A stretch of DNA of 64,000 nt from Thermoproteota archaeon (GTDB taxonomy: Archaea > Korarchaeota > Korarchaeia > Korarchaeales > Korarchaeaceae). Below, in pieces: positions 1 to 9,663 of this stretch. The stretch is taken from the NCBI GenBank assembly GCA_027491395.1, contig JAOZFI010000043.1, forward strand, positions 47,502 to 111,501, in the 5' to 3' direction. Under the pieces are notes generated by a model. It searched no databases. It was not told where the DNA came from and saw only the letters and a list, made by a program, of their open reading frames with translations. Numbering within the stretch: position 1 is the first letter of the stretch; the number at the start of each line of letters is the position of its first letter. Position numbers and translations under genes: made by a program.

Positions 1-583
1 TCTTGTGAGATATCAGCGCGGCCATGGTGGCGGCGCTCAGTATCTTCCTGCCGGACATGGAACCACTGGAATCTATTATGACGACAGCAGAGCACTCACT
101 TCTCCTCTTATCTAAACCCACGATGTCGCTGTAATTCAACTCATCGATCTTCTTTCCCCTCTCAATTAGCTCTTCGATGGTCCTCTCAACATCGAAATCC
201 ATTCCTACCTCGTAGGATGCCTCTGATCTCCTGTCCTCCTCCAAATTACCCCTCCCCCCCTTCACAACTAAGTTCACCACGGCCTTTGCTACCAGCCGTC
301 TGAACATCCTCCTAGCCCTCTCGTTGAGCCTCCATCTGACCTGCCTGTACAGCCTGACGGCGGCCTCAGGATCTCTCTCTAGGGAAGAGACCATCTTTGG
401 AGTGAAATTGCCCTTGGATATGGCCTTAGCCACCACTATCTGGCTGTAGTTGGATATCCTTAACAATCCTTGGAGATCTCCCTTCATTAGGTAGTACTCC
501 GCAGCTTTCCTCAACACCTCGTAATCGCTTGCTAGAGGTTCTCTAAGTCCTGGTATGTTTCTTACTTGGGAATAATCCGTCAT
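1..583 (-). CDS. VWA (MIDAS) domain protein, MoxR partner; runs off the left edge
   Basis: Not in the ORF track. Read manually from ATG at 583: MTDYSQVRNIPG...FDVERTIEE...SAVVIIDSSGSMSGRK. Has a DxSxS MIDAS motif and lies directly downstream of a MoxR ATPase. Confidence 0.85.
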   Translation of the reverse strand, partial: MTDYSQVRNIPGLREPLASDYEVLRKAAEYYLMKGDLQGLLRISNYSQIVVAKAISKGNFTPKMVSSLERDPEAAVRLYRQVRWRLNERARRMFRRLVAKAVVNLVVKGGRGNLEEDRRSEASYEVGMDFDVERTIEELIERGKKIDELNYSDIVGLDKRRSECSAVVIIDSSGSMSGRKILSAATMAALISHK

Positions 584-591
584 CGGAGCCT

Positions 592-1482
592 TTAACGGCT
601 CCTCAATTCGAGAAAACCCTCTCCCCCTCCAAGTACTGATCTAACGATGTCCCTTATCAGGGACTCCTTGCTGGCAGCTGTGTCCCTGAGCTCTATCCTC
701 TGAGGCAGGACCATGAGGGCGGCATTGTACCAGCGCTCCCCGTCACCCCTCAGCATCAGCGCTATCTTCGCCAAGTCTATGGACGATCTTATTGACCCGC
801 CTCTCAGGATGTTCGGATGCTCTCTGGTGCTCCTCACGATATCCACGCTGATCTCGGCGGTTTCATCATCGATATCGGGCACATGCCTCCTGACTATCTC
901 CACCTCCTCCTCCCTTCTAGGATATCCCAGCTTAACGAGAACGAACCTGTCCTTCAAGGCCTCAGACAACCTGAGCACGCCGACGTCCTCCTCCGGATTC
1001 TGTGTGGCTATTATGAGGAACCCTTTCTTCGCTTTCAGGGTCCCTAAGTGGGGTATGTGAATGAGACCCTCATCCATGACGGGGAGAAGCGCGTTCTGAG
1101 CCGATTCTGGGAGTCTGTTTAACTCGTTTATGAAGAGGACAGAGCCGCTGGTCGCAGCCCTGGTGAGGGGCCCGGGAACGAAGGCCTCCTCGACATATCC
1201 CTTCTTCAACACCATAGGAGGATCCCAATATCCGATCAGCTTCGTCTCGTTAAGTCTCTCATCACCATCTACCCTCACGAAGTCCCTCGAGAGGTATTCT
1301 GCTATCGATCTGGCGAGGAGCGTCTTGCCAACACCAACCGGTCCCTCCAAAAGTATGTGTCTGCCGCTTTTGACCGCGATCAGCATCTTGAGTAGCTCCT
1401 CTCGTCTTCCCACTATGCCGTATCGCTGACCTATCTCCTCCACCTCATCCAGCAGTCCCTTTACCAGCATCTCCCCTATCAT
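592..1482 (-). CDS. MoxR-family AAA+ ATPase
   Basis: Walker A GPVGVGKT, Walker B variant LFINELNR, ATQNP, LSEALKDRF. Start trimmed to ATG 1482. Confidence 0.9.
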   Translation of the reverse strand: MIGEMLVKGLLDEVEEIGQRYGIVGRREELLKMLIAVKSGRHILLEGPVGVGKTLLARSIAEYLSRDFVRVDGDERLNETKLIGYWDPPMVLKKGYVEEAFVPGPLTRAATSGSVLFINELNRLPESAQNALLPVMDEGLIHIPHLGTLKAKKGFLIIATQNPEEDVGVLRLSEALKDRFVLVKLGYPRREEEVEIVRRHVPDIDDETAEISVDIVRSTREHPNILRGGSIRSSIDLAKIALMLRGDGERWYNAALMVLPQRIELRDTAASKESLIRDIVRSVLGGGEGFLELRSR

Positions 1483-1581
1483 GCATATCTGTCCAACGTC
1501 GAATATTAAGTTGAGCCGGAGCGCTGCCCTCTTTAGTAACAAAATAAACCATATCCTAATATAACTGGATATAATATCAAA

Positions 1582-2157
1582 TTACTTCAACCAACTATCA
1601 ATAAATTTGCTTACTATGGAGAATACCTCGCTGGCATTTAACCTCGTGGTGTCTAATACGAGATGGAAGGGAGTGAGGTCTTTGCCGAGCTCAAAGCCGT
1701 AGATCCTCTTATATATGCGATAAGTCTCCTCCTCTTTCAATTTTATTCCCTTTATCGCCTCATCAAAGCTTATCCTATCCCTTCTAGCTACTCTGAGAGC
1801 CCTAACTTCCAGATCTGCTTTCAGGAAGATCTTGATACAGTCCTCGGAGTCCAAGAGGTAGGCCATGGTCCAAGAGTCTAGTACGTAGCCCCCTTCAGAG
1901 GCTAAGGACATGAGCCTCTTGTCCACTTCCATGTCCAGCTCCGGATTGGACATCCTCTCGGCCATCGCCCTGCCGGCTTCCTCCCTTTCCCACCAGCCCG
2001 GATCCTTCAAGCTCTCTTTACCCCCTATTATCTCCTTCAGTATATCTCCGCCGGATACCCTCTTCAATCCGTACCTCTCAACCAACCTCCTAGCTAGTGT
2101 GCTCTTGCCGCTCCCAGTGAGACCCGATAGGCACACATTGAACCTCTTCCTTCCCAA
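1582..2157 (-). CDS. cmk: Cytidylate kinase (archaeal type)
   Basis: P-loop GLTGSGKST, SGGD, IFLKADLEVRALRVARRD, YKRIYG, LVLDTT. Confidence 0.85.
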   Translation of the reverse strand: MGRKRFNVCLSGLTGSGKSTLARRLVERYGLKRVSGGDILKEIIGGKESLKDPGWWEREEAGRAMAERMSNPELDMEVDKRLMSLASEGGYVLDSWTMAYLLDSEDCIKIFLKADLEVRALRVARRDRISFDEAIKGIKLKEEETYRIYKRIYGFELGKDLTPFHLVLDTTRLNASEVFSIVSKFIDSWLK

Positions 2158-2167
2158 TCGATCACCC

Positions 2168-3145
2168 TCAGATGTCGGTCAGTGGCCACTCTATCTCATC
2201 TATCCTCCACTGGGGTTTTATGGAAGACTCCTCAATGGGTTCGGGTCCCCTTATCCTATAAGAGAGTATCGCGGTCCAGGCTATCATGGCCCCGTTGTCC
2301 CTCACGAGCTCCACGGGAGGGACCTTGAGCTCAGCACCCCTCTCGCGGCACATGACCTCCGCTTTCTCCTTCAATCTAGGGGAGGCAGCGACCCCTCCGA
2401 CCAATAGGAGTTCGTCTTTACCGCTCAGGGCCAAGGCCCTCTCAGCCACCTCTATCGTCATGGAGAAGGCCACTTCCATGAAACTCCAGACGACATCCTC
2501 GACCCTCTCTCCCGACTTTATTCTCCTCAATGCCTCGGTGAGGAGGCCGCTGAACGACAGGTCCATCCCTTTCACGGTGTAGGGGAGCTCCACCCACGTA
2601 CCAACCATTCTATCCAATTTCGGTCCGGCCGGAAAGGGAAGACCTATCTCTCTGCCCAATTTGTCCTGAGCATTACCCAAGCCCACATCTAGGGTCTCTC
2701 CTAGGACCACATACCTCCTGCCGTTGTGGGTGATCACTTGGGTGTTGCCACCGGAAATGTAGAGCACGACGGGATCATAACTCTTAGTGATCTTCCTGCC
2801 TATCTCCACGTGGGCCAAGGGATGGTTGACACCCACTAAGGGCTTCCCATATCTCAGTGCCAGTGATCTAGATATGAAGGCTCCTATTAACAGGGCCTGT
2901 CCTATTCCAGGTCCCCGAGAATAACCGATGATGGAGATGTCAGAGAGGGTCAGGCCAGCTCGATCCAAGGCATCCTTTATCACCTTCACCGCGGTGTTGA
3001 AATGATGTTCAGCTAACTCATGGGGCCTCATGCCCCCCTCCGGAGACTTGTAGGAGTCCCACACGTTGGCGAGTATCTCGCCCTCTGAGGTTACGATCCC
3101 CACCCCGAAGGTGTGGGCCGTCGACTCTATACCTAGTGAGATCAC
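2168..3145 (-). CDS. kae1: tRNA t6A threonylcarbamoyltransferase Kae1 (stand-alone, not fused to Bud32)
   Basis: LGIESTAHT, GPG, VNHPLAHVE, SGGNTQ, GETLD, VGGVAA, DNGAMIA. Confidence 0.95.
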   Translation of the reverse strand: MISLGIESTAHTFGVGIVTSEGEILANVWDSYKSPEGGMRPHELAEHHFNTAVKVIKDALDRAGLTLSDISIIGYSRGPGIGQALLIGAFISRSLALRYGKPLVGVNHPLAHVEIGRKITKSYDPVVLYISGGNTQVITHNGRRYVVLGETLDVGLGNAQDKLGREIGLPFPAGPKLDRMVGTWVELPYTVKGMDLSFSGLLTEALRRIKSGERVEDVVWSFMEVAFSMTIEVAERALALSGKDELLLVGGVAASPRLKEKAEVMCRERGAELKVPPVELVRDNGAMIAWTAILSYRIRGPEPIEESSIKPQWRIDEIEWPLTDI

Positions 3146-3762
3146 CTTACCCTCTCGTAAACCCTCAGTATTCTCTCGAATGGCACATCTCCCTCCCTCA
3201 CTAGCACGGGTCTCTCACCCGTGAGGTCCACTACGGTGGATGGCCTGCTGGGTGGAAGAACGCCGTAGTCTAGGAGTAGATCAACCTCAATCTCCTCAGC
3301 TACCTCCCTAGGATCTCTCTTAGGGGGTGAGCCCGACCTGTTCGCGCTAGTGGCCGTTACGGCCCTACCGAAGGATCTAATGAGGCCACGAGTCATATCC
3401 AGATCCGGGATCCTCACGCCTATAGCCCTAGGATTCACAGAATCCAGGACCCTCTCGGTCTTGGGCAGTATGAAAGTCACCTTGCCCGGTAGGAAGTGCC
3501 TAATCAGCTCCCTGCTTACCTTGTTCAGCACGGCGTACCTCTCTAACATGTCAAAGTCGCTGACCGCTATAGTCAGGGGCTTGTCTCTCCCTCTACCCTT
3601 GACCTCGTACACCCTCAACACCGCCCTCTCATTCTCCGCATCTGCGCCCAGCCCATACACCGTGTCCGTGGGGTAGACCACTAGCCCTCCGGATCTCCAT
3701 ACACCCACCACTTCACTGACACAGGCGTCATCGCACCCTCTCTTAACGTCCAGCCACCTCAC
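3142..3762 (-). CDS. tsaC: Threonylcarbamoyl-AMP synthase (TsaC/YrdC domain only)
   Basis: YPTDTVYGLG, KGR, VRIP, TSANRSG, PSTVVD. Likely GTG start at 3762. No Sua5 C-terminal domain. Confidence 0.9.
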   Translation of the reverse strand: MRWLDVKRGCDDACVSEVVGVWRSGGLVVYPTDTVYGLGADAENERAVLRVYEVKGRGRDKPLTIAVSDFDMLERYAVLNKVSRELIRHFLPGKVTFILPKTERVLDSVNPRAIGVRIPDLDMTRGLIRSFGRAVTATSANRSGSPPKRDPREVAEEIEVDLLLDYGVLPPSRPSTVVDLTGERPVLVREGDVPFERILRVYERVR

Positions 3763-3820
3763 AAAGCGAATGGGATGAAACGATTTAATAATCCTCCCGT
3801 GAGAGTTCCAGCGATAGGGC

Positions 3821-4735
3821 ATGGATGATGAGCAGCTTGAATCTTACTTGAAACTGGGTGAAGAGCACTCTTACATCCTAGAGCGTATGAGAAGAAAGAT
3901 CGAACCCGGTGCAAGCGTTCTGGATCTTGTTGAAGAATCCGAGAGACTGGTCAGGGAGAGGGGATACTCACTAGCCTTCCCCACCAACCTCTCCATAAAC
4001 GAGGTCGCAGCTCACTACACCCCCTTTCCAGGGGACGAACTGAGGATCCCAGAAACTGGCTTAATAAAGCTGGATATGGGCTCCCACCTGGGAGGGTGGA
4101 TAGTAGATGCCGCTAGATCCGTCGCTCTCGAAGAGAAATACGAGGAGATGGTTCAAGTTGCCAGAGAGGCCCTCGATAACGCGATAGATAGGATGATCCC
4201 GGGGAACAAGATAAGGGAGGTCAGCGAGGCGATATACGACACGATAGTGTCAGCAGGATACAAGCCCATACGCAACCTCACTGGCCATATGGTGAGGCCA
4301 TACGAACTCCACGCTGGCATCGAGGTTCCAAACGTCCCAACCGGGAGAAGCATGGGTTACAAGATCAAGGAGAAGGATATCTTCGCGATAGAGCCCTTCG
4401 TAACCCTCCCAGAGGCCAGAGGATATGTGGTTCCTTTGGGAGAGCCCCTAATATTCTCCTTAGGTAGGAAGAAGGGCAGAACCCGCGATGAGATTGAGAG
4501 GAGGATTCTCAAGATAGTGGAAAAGAATTACAAGAGGCTTCCCTTCTGTGAGAGATGGCTATTCAAGGAGATCGGCCACAGAGTTAATCATGCCCTGTCC
4601 AGACTGGTAGATAAGAGGATCCTCATACCCTACCCTCCCCTGATTGAGGTCTCGGGGATGATGGTCGCCCAATATGAGGACACGGTCCTCGTAACTGCAG
4701 ATGGCCCCCTCAGGCTTACGGGGGAGAGGGGTTGA
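3821..4735 (+). CDS. map: Methionine aminopeptidase type II
   Basis: AFPTNLSINEVAAHYTP, KLDMGSH, NLTGH, AIEPF, AQYEDT. Confidence 0.95.
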   Translation: MDDEQLESYLKLGEEHSYILERMRRKIEPGASVLDLVEESERLVRERGYSLAFPTNLSINEVAAHYTPFPGDELRIPETGLIKLDMGSHLGGWIVDAARSVALEEKYEEMVQVAREALDNAIDRMIPGNKIREVSEAIYDTIVSAGYKPIRNLTGHMVRPYELHAGIEVPNVPTGRSMGYKIKEKDIFAIEPFVTLPEARGYVVPLGEPLIFSLGRKKGRTRDEIERRILKIVEKNYKRLPFCERWLFKEIGHRVNHALSRLVDKRILIPYPPLIEVSGMMVAQYEDTVLVTADGPLRLTGERG

Positions 4736-5139
4736 GGAGAAAGGCTAAGGGGACTAGAGCAGAGAGGGACCTCCTAGACAAGTTATGGAGGCAGGGAATA
4801 GCGGCAGTGAGGATAGCAGGAAGCGGATCCACCAGTCATCCATCTAGCGATGTGATCGCTGGCTACAAGGGAAGAATAGCTGTCATCGAAGTTAAGACCA
4901 CATCTAAGGAGACCGTTTACATTCCCTCAGAAGAGGTGACCTCCATGAGGAGGCTGGCAGAGCTGCTTGGGGGGGAGTGCTGGTTCGCGGTGAAGTTCTC
5001 CTCAGATAGGGGTAAGTTCTACCTGCTGAAGATGGAGGATGCCAAGGAATTGAAATCAGGATCCATCGCTATAGACATAGGGACAGCGAGGTCCAAGGGG
5101 CTGTCCGTAGAGGATTTCGCCCAGGTGATCAAGGCTTGA
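4732..5139 (+). CDS. hjc: Holliday junction resolvase Hjc
   Basis: KGTRAERDL, VRIAGSG, DVIA, IEVK (PD-(D/E)xK fold). Confidence 0.9.
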   Translation: MRRKAKGTRAERDLLDKLWRQGIAAVRIAGSGSTSHPSSDVIAGYKGRIAVIEVKTTSKETVYIPSEEVTSMRRLAELLGGECWFAVKFSSDRGKFYLLKMEDAKELKSGSIAIDIGTARSKGLSVEDFAQVIKA

Positions 5140-6205
5140 ACCAAGACATCTTGTAGCTGACCACATGCTCTCCAGAAACTAGTGATACGATGAGGTCCTT
5201 TCTCACTGAAGTTGCAACCCTCCCAGACCTTATCAGATCAACAGGACGCACCTTATCTCCTACCGATCCAGCTACGCATAGGTAAGGTGCATGTTCGAGA
5301 CCAGGACCTCTCTCATATATCAGGAAGTCGGCTCCATACTTGGATCCAGCCTTGGGAACGTATCCCAAATCCCTCCAGTACCTGAACACCCTCTCCCTGA
5401 TCCTAGACCCCTCTCTCACCTCCGAAAAGATCCTTCTCAACTTGTCTAGGTCCAAGATCCTCCCATCGTAGGTCTCGACCCTCAGTTTGCCCTTGGAGGA
5501 GAGGTATATAGCTTCTATCAGAGGTAGCTGCAAGGGCTCTTCGTACTGCTTGAACGGTTCGGGCTTATCCACACCGAGAGGATGACCCCAAAACCCCTTA
5601 GCGTATAGATCTCCGGACCTCTCGTCGAACACTACAACCCTATCTCCCACTAGGGTACCTATAAGCTCCGGCAACTCTTCGACATCGTATCCGGTTCTCT
5701 TATCGGGCAAGAAGTTTTGGGCCCTGTAGTAGGTGACATTCATCTCGTCATCCACGACAGCCAATATAAGACCCTTCCTCAGCTTGGCCACCTTCTCAAC
5801 GGTGTCCAAGATGTACTTATGGGGTATGGGCTGGTCCTCGGAGAGAGGGAGGATTAGATCCTTGGCAGCAGCCTCTCCCACTCTAGCCCCCTTCGGATAG
5901 AGCCTGAGAAAGTCGGTTGATCTCTCGTACACGACGAGCCTTTCCCTTCTCCTGAGATCACTGAACACTACATACTTCAAGAAGGCCCTAGGATCGCTCA
6001 CAAAGAGTCTCATAAGATCCCGCAGCCCGACTTCACCGCTCTCGCCGAGAACCCTCAACCTCCCCCTCCAAACTAGGAATGCGGCCTCAAGCGGGTGGAG
6101 CTCTAGCTCACTACCGACGATCTCACCGTATCCTTGCTTATAGAGTCTGTCGACCTGCTCTGACACGTAGATCATCCCTTCCTTGAGCCTTCCCTCCACA
6201 GACAT
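5129..6205 (-). CDS. endA: tRNA splicing endonuclease, two units fused (alpha2-type)
   Basis: Two repeated units. The C-terminal unit has the catalytic KYGADFLIY, GPGLEHAPY and VRK motifs. The N-terminal unit is degenerate, with an acidic loop AVVDDEMNVTYY. Confidence 0.9.
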   Translation of the reverse strand: MSVEGRLKEGMIYVSEQVDRLYKQGYGEIVGSELELHPLEAAFLVWRGRLRVLGESGEVGLRDLMRLFVSDPRAFLKYVVFSDLRRRERLVVYERSTDFLRLYPKGARVGEAAAKDLILPLSEDQPIPHKYILDTVEKVAKLRKGLILAVVDDEMNVTYYRAQNFLPDKRTGYDVEELPELIGTLVGDRVVVFDERSGDLYAKGFWGHPLGVDKPEPFKQYEEPLQLPLIEAIYLSSKGKLRVETYDGRILDLDKLRRIFSEVREGSRIRERVFRYWRDLGYVPKAGSKYGADFLIYERGPGLEHAPYLCVAGSVGDKVRPVDLIRSGRVATSVRKDLIVSLVSGEHVVSYKMSWFKP

Positions 6206-6216
6206 TCCCGCATCCC

Positions 6217-7152
6217 TCAGGAAACCAATCTATTATCCAATCCCTCGAATAAGGAGTTCAGCACATTCTTGGCTAAGTCGATCCCGATCTCGGGATCATC
6301 CCCCTTTCTCACATGTTCCACGAAGTACGCGAGTTCTCCCTGTAGGGGCTCCTTCCTCCTTATCCTAGGCTGCTCTATCCTGTCTGATGACTCTATCCTC
6401 ACCGTTTGATCAGGGTAGTTCACAATGAGACTGCCCTCGTCACCCATTATCAGGGCCTCCCTGATCCCCGATGGCGTGAGCCAATTCGTTTCAATGGTGG
6501 AAACTATCCCACTTGGGAATCTAGCGAGGAATATCGCGAGGTCCTCCCCTCCCTCACCGTCCAGCAGCTTAGCCGTGTAGGAGGACACACTTGAGGGTGC
6601 CTCTCCCACTATGTGGTGCTGCACATACATCTCATGTATAGCTAAGTCCAAGGAGACACCTATCTTCCAGCCAATACTCTTCTTAGGGAGCCTTCCTACT
6701 CTCCTAGACCATATAGACAACAATTTGCCTATCTTCTCATCATCTAGAAGCGATTTGGCCATGGACACGGCCGGGTTGAAGAGCTCTATGAATCCAGGCA
6801 TGAATACACCATCGGCCCTCTTAACGAGGGATTCCAAATTCGAGAGCTCTTCCCTACTGGTAACTACCGGTTTTTCGACGAGTACGGATGCCTCTGCCTC
6901 TAAAGCCTCCTTTGTGTCTCGAAAGAGGTACTGCGGAGTGACAGCTATGCTTACAGCATCCAAAGACTCCCTCCTGATCATCTCCTCTATCGATGTGTAA
7001 TGGTTCACATGGTAAATCTCCGCCAACCTCTTGGCGTTTTCCTCAACGATATCCATGACGGCAACGAGCTGAGCCTCGCCTATGGTCCTGTACACTCTAG
7101 CGTGAGCGGATCCGAACCACCCGCACCCCACTACACCGACTCTGACGGGCAA
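6217..7152 (-). CDS. Gfo/Idh/MocA family NAD(P)-dependent oxidoreductase
   Basis: VGVVGCGWFG, VLVEKP, GFIELFNP, DLAIH. Confidence 0.85.
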   Translation of the reverse strand: MPVRVGVVGCGWFGSAHARVYRTIGEAQLVAVMDIVEENAKRLAEIYHVNHYTSIEEMIRRESLDAVSIAVTPQYLFRDTKEALEAEASVLVEKPVVTSREELSNLESLVKRADGVFMPGFIELFNPAVSMAKSLLDDEKIGKLLSIWSRRVGRLPKKSIGWKIGVSLDLAIHEMYVQHHIVGEAPSSVSSYTAKLLDGEGGEDLAIFLARFPSGIVSTIETNWLTPSGIREALIMGDEGSLIVNYPDQTVRIESSDRIEQPRIRRKEPLQGELAYFVEHVRKGDDPEIGIDLAKNVLNSLFEGLDNRLVS

Positions 7153-7207
7153 ATCCGATCCCGATAGGTATATTTCTTAGCCCATAAAAAGGGACCGGTG
7201 TAGGTCC

Positions 7208-8065
7208 ATGGGGGGCGGCAACATCGGGGGCTACTTGAGGCTCTTCCGTCCCAAGAACGCCCTAATGTCCGTATTGGGAGTTCTTGTCGGCTGGGTGAAC
7301 GTATCTGCCTCCCTTGGGCTCATTCCGAATCTGATCTTGGCTTGCGCTGTGCCGCCCCTCATCCTGATGGCCGGTAATGCGGTGAACGACTACTTTGACG
7401 CTCCCATAGACAGGGTGAATAAACCAGACAGACCAATACCATCTGGGGAGGTCCCCCCTAGGGAAGCGATGACTTCCTATATCGTCTTGTCCCTCATAGG
7501 GGTTGCCTTGAGCATTCCCTTAGGTGTGGAAGAATTCATCTTAGCTTCTCTTTTCGCCCTCTCTTGGTACCTCTACGCCCGATGGATCAAAGCGATGGGA
7601 TTAGTGGGCAACATCCTAGTCAGCTTGGGGGTAGCATTTACTCTTATATTTGGAGCCTTGGCGGCTGACGGACTCAATGGAAAGGTGATCCTATTCTCCA
7701 CGATAGCCTTCACATCCAACTTAGCTAGGGAGGTAGTTAAAACCGTGGAGGACTTAAAGGGAGATTCACTCTATGGTTTAAGGACGGTGGCAGTGGTGAT
7801 GGGCCCCAAGAGGGCAGGCGCTTACGCCTCCCTGATGATCATTGTGGCCTCTGTCCTCACAATTTTACCTCCTCTAGCTGGCTTGACGGGCCCGGTATAC
7901 TTTCTCCTCTCAGTGATTCTCTCCCTTCCCCTATTACTCTACTCCGCTAGGGAATCGCTCAAAATAGATGAGATTAAGGCTAAGAGACTGAGCAGCACGC
8001 TGAAACTCTCCATGTTCCTCGGAATAATGGGGATGCTACTGGATCCTCTCATCCGATTAACCTGA
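7208..8065 (+). CDS. UbiA family prenyltransferase, probable DGGGP synthase
   Basis: NDYFDAPIDRVNKPDRPIPSG, REVVKTVEDLKGD, multiple TM helices. Confidence 0.85.
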   Translation: MGGGNIGGYLRLFRPKNALMSVLGVLVGWVNVSASLGLIPNLILACAVPPLILMAGNAVNDYFDAPIDRVNKPDRPIPSGEVPPREAMTSYIVLSLIGVALSIPLGVEEFILASLFALSWYLYARWIKAMGLVGNILVSLGVAFTLIFGALAADGLNGKVILFSTIAFTSNLAREVVKTVEDLKGDSLYGLRTVAVVMGPKRAGAYASLMIIVASVLTILPPLAGLTGPVYFLLSVILSLPLLLYSARESLKIDEIKAKRLSSTLKLSMFLGIMGMLLDPLIRLT

Positions 8066-8846
8066 GTAGGCTCCTCCTCTCTAGGACGCCGATCACCTTA
8101 TCGTCTTCGTTGACCACGGGAAGGGCTGGTAGGCCAGATTCTAGGAAGAGGTCTCTGGCCTTATTCACTGGGACGAACCCTCTGAGCCTCCTCGGGGCCT
8201 CCACCATCACATCCTCCACCAAGATCTTCCTGACCACGTTGTCCATGCGTATGGGATCCACATTTTCCCTAACGCCTAGGAAAGCCCTTGCCAGATTCCT
8301 CTCCGTAACTATGCCTATGAGCTTGCCTCCCTCCACCACAGGGAGTATCCTAGCGCCTCTCTCAAGCATCACGTTCCTCGCATGGACTATTCTCTCATTG
8401 GGCATTATCCTCGGGTGATCCTCCTTCACTAAGGCCTCAATGTCGCCATCATAATCGAGGGACTTCACTAAGTCCGTCTCGGTAATTATACCTACTAACC
8501 TATCTCCTTCCACTACTGGGAGCGATCCGATCCCATTCTCGAGCATGATAGAAACTGCCTCCTTTATGGACATTCTGGGACCGATAGTAACTGGAGGCTC
8601 TGTCATCAGGGCGCTGACGTATATCCTCCTAGCCGGTATCCTCTCGAACCTAGACGAGCCTAGGCCCTCCATTATGTCCCTTATGCTGAGCACACCGACG
8701 ACCCTATCTCCGGAGGTGACTACCAAGTGGTTCACGTCGTTCCTCTCCATGAGGTCCAATGCGACCTCTACAGTTTCTCCCTTATCGATCGTGATGACCG
8801 AGGTCCTCATTATGCTAGAAACATCATTCTTAGGCATTTGCCACAC
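8049..8846 (-). CDS. CBS-domain protein (4 CBS)
   Basis: Repeated LPVV..G.LVGIIT.xD motifs. Real start may be ATG 8837. Confidence 0.85.
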   Translation of the reverse strand: MWQMPKNDVSSIMRTSVITIDKGETVEVALDLMERNDVNHLVVTSGDRVVGVLSIRDIMEGLGSSRFERIPARRIYVSALMTEPPVTIGPRMSIKEAVSIMLENGIGSLPVVEGDRLVGIITETDLVKSLDYDGDIEALVKEDHPRIMPNERIVHARNVMLERGARILPVVEGGKLIGIVTERNLARAFLGVRENVDPIRMDNVVRKILVEDVMVEAPRRLRGFVPVNKARDLFLESGLPALPVVNEDDKVIGVLERRSLLRLIG

Positions 8847-9648
8847 CTCTCACTAGGGCCTTCTTATCGACCACACCCACCAACTCATCGCCATCGAAGA
8901 CGGGGATTGCACTCACCCCCCACTCGATCATGTACCTAGCAGCCTTGGCTGCATCTTCCTCAGGATTGAGCCTTATCTCTATCTCCTTCATTATGTGCCT
9001 GGCGGTCTTCACCCGGACGTCCACACTGATCCTTCCGGTCCTCGATGGGATGAGAACGTACTTCTTAGCGAGATTGGGTTCCCACAGGGCTATATCTCCC
9101 TCGGTTATCATGCCCAAGTAGTTGCCCTCCGATCCAACTATCAGTACCCTGCTACCGTTGGCTATCAGCTTGGCCACCTTCTTTAGGTTGGTATTCGGGG
9201 GAATCACCTGATATTTCTCATCCATAAGATCCTTTATCTTGTAGGAGCCCCTCATACTCTCGGCGAAGAACCTAGAGATATCTGTCTCCGTCAGTATGCC
9301 CACTAGGGAAGAGTCCTTCACCACTGGAAGGCCCCCTATGCCCTTCTCGCTCATAACCTTGGAGGCGGTCCTGACGAGCTCATCGGGCCCTATTGTTACG
9401 GGATTCCTCGTCATGAACCTGTCGATCAGGGAGTTCTCTGGATTCCTCCATCTCCAAGGCGCACCCCTCCTAGCTAGGGCCTTGGCGATGTCCGTCGCGG
9501 TAATTATCCCAACTACGTTATTTCCCTCCACAACCACCAATCGCCTTATCTTCCTCTCTAACATGAGGTTCCGGGCCCTACCGAGGGTATCTCGGGGGGT
9601 CACGGTGACGACTCTATCGGTCATATAATCCTTTACCTTAGCCATCAA
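8830..9648 (-). CDS. CBS-domain protein (4 CBS)
   Basis: VKDYMT, RLVVV, GIITATD, GLPVV, GILTETD, AIPV. Confidence 0.85.
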   Translation of the reverse strand: MMAKVKDYMTDRVVTVTPRDTLGRARNLMLERKIRRLVVVEGNNVVGIITATDIAKALARRGAPWRWRNPENSLIDRFMTRNPVTIGPDELVRTASKVMSEKGIGGLPVVKDSSLVGILTETDISRFFAESMRGSYKIKDLMDEKYQVIPPNTNLKKVAKLIANGSRVLIVGSEGNYLGMITEGDIALWEPNLAKKYVLIPSRTGRISVDVRVKTARHIMKEIEIRLNPEEDAAKAARYMIEWGVSAIPVFDGDELVGVVDKKALVRGVANA

Positions 9649-9663
9649 AATCGGGTACCCCCT

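Noticed and set aside
3762-3823. Second overlapping-start pair (tsaC/map) suggested by the ORF track
   Set aside because: tsaC more plausibly starts at GTG 3762, leaving a normal gap with a TATA-like TTTAATAA.
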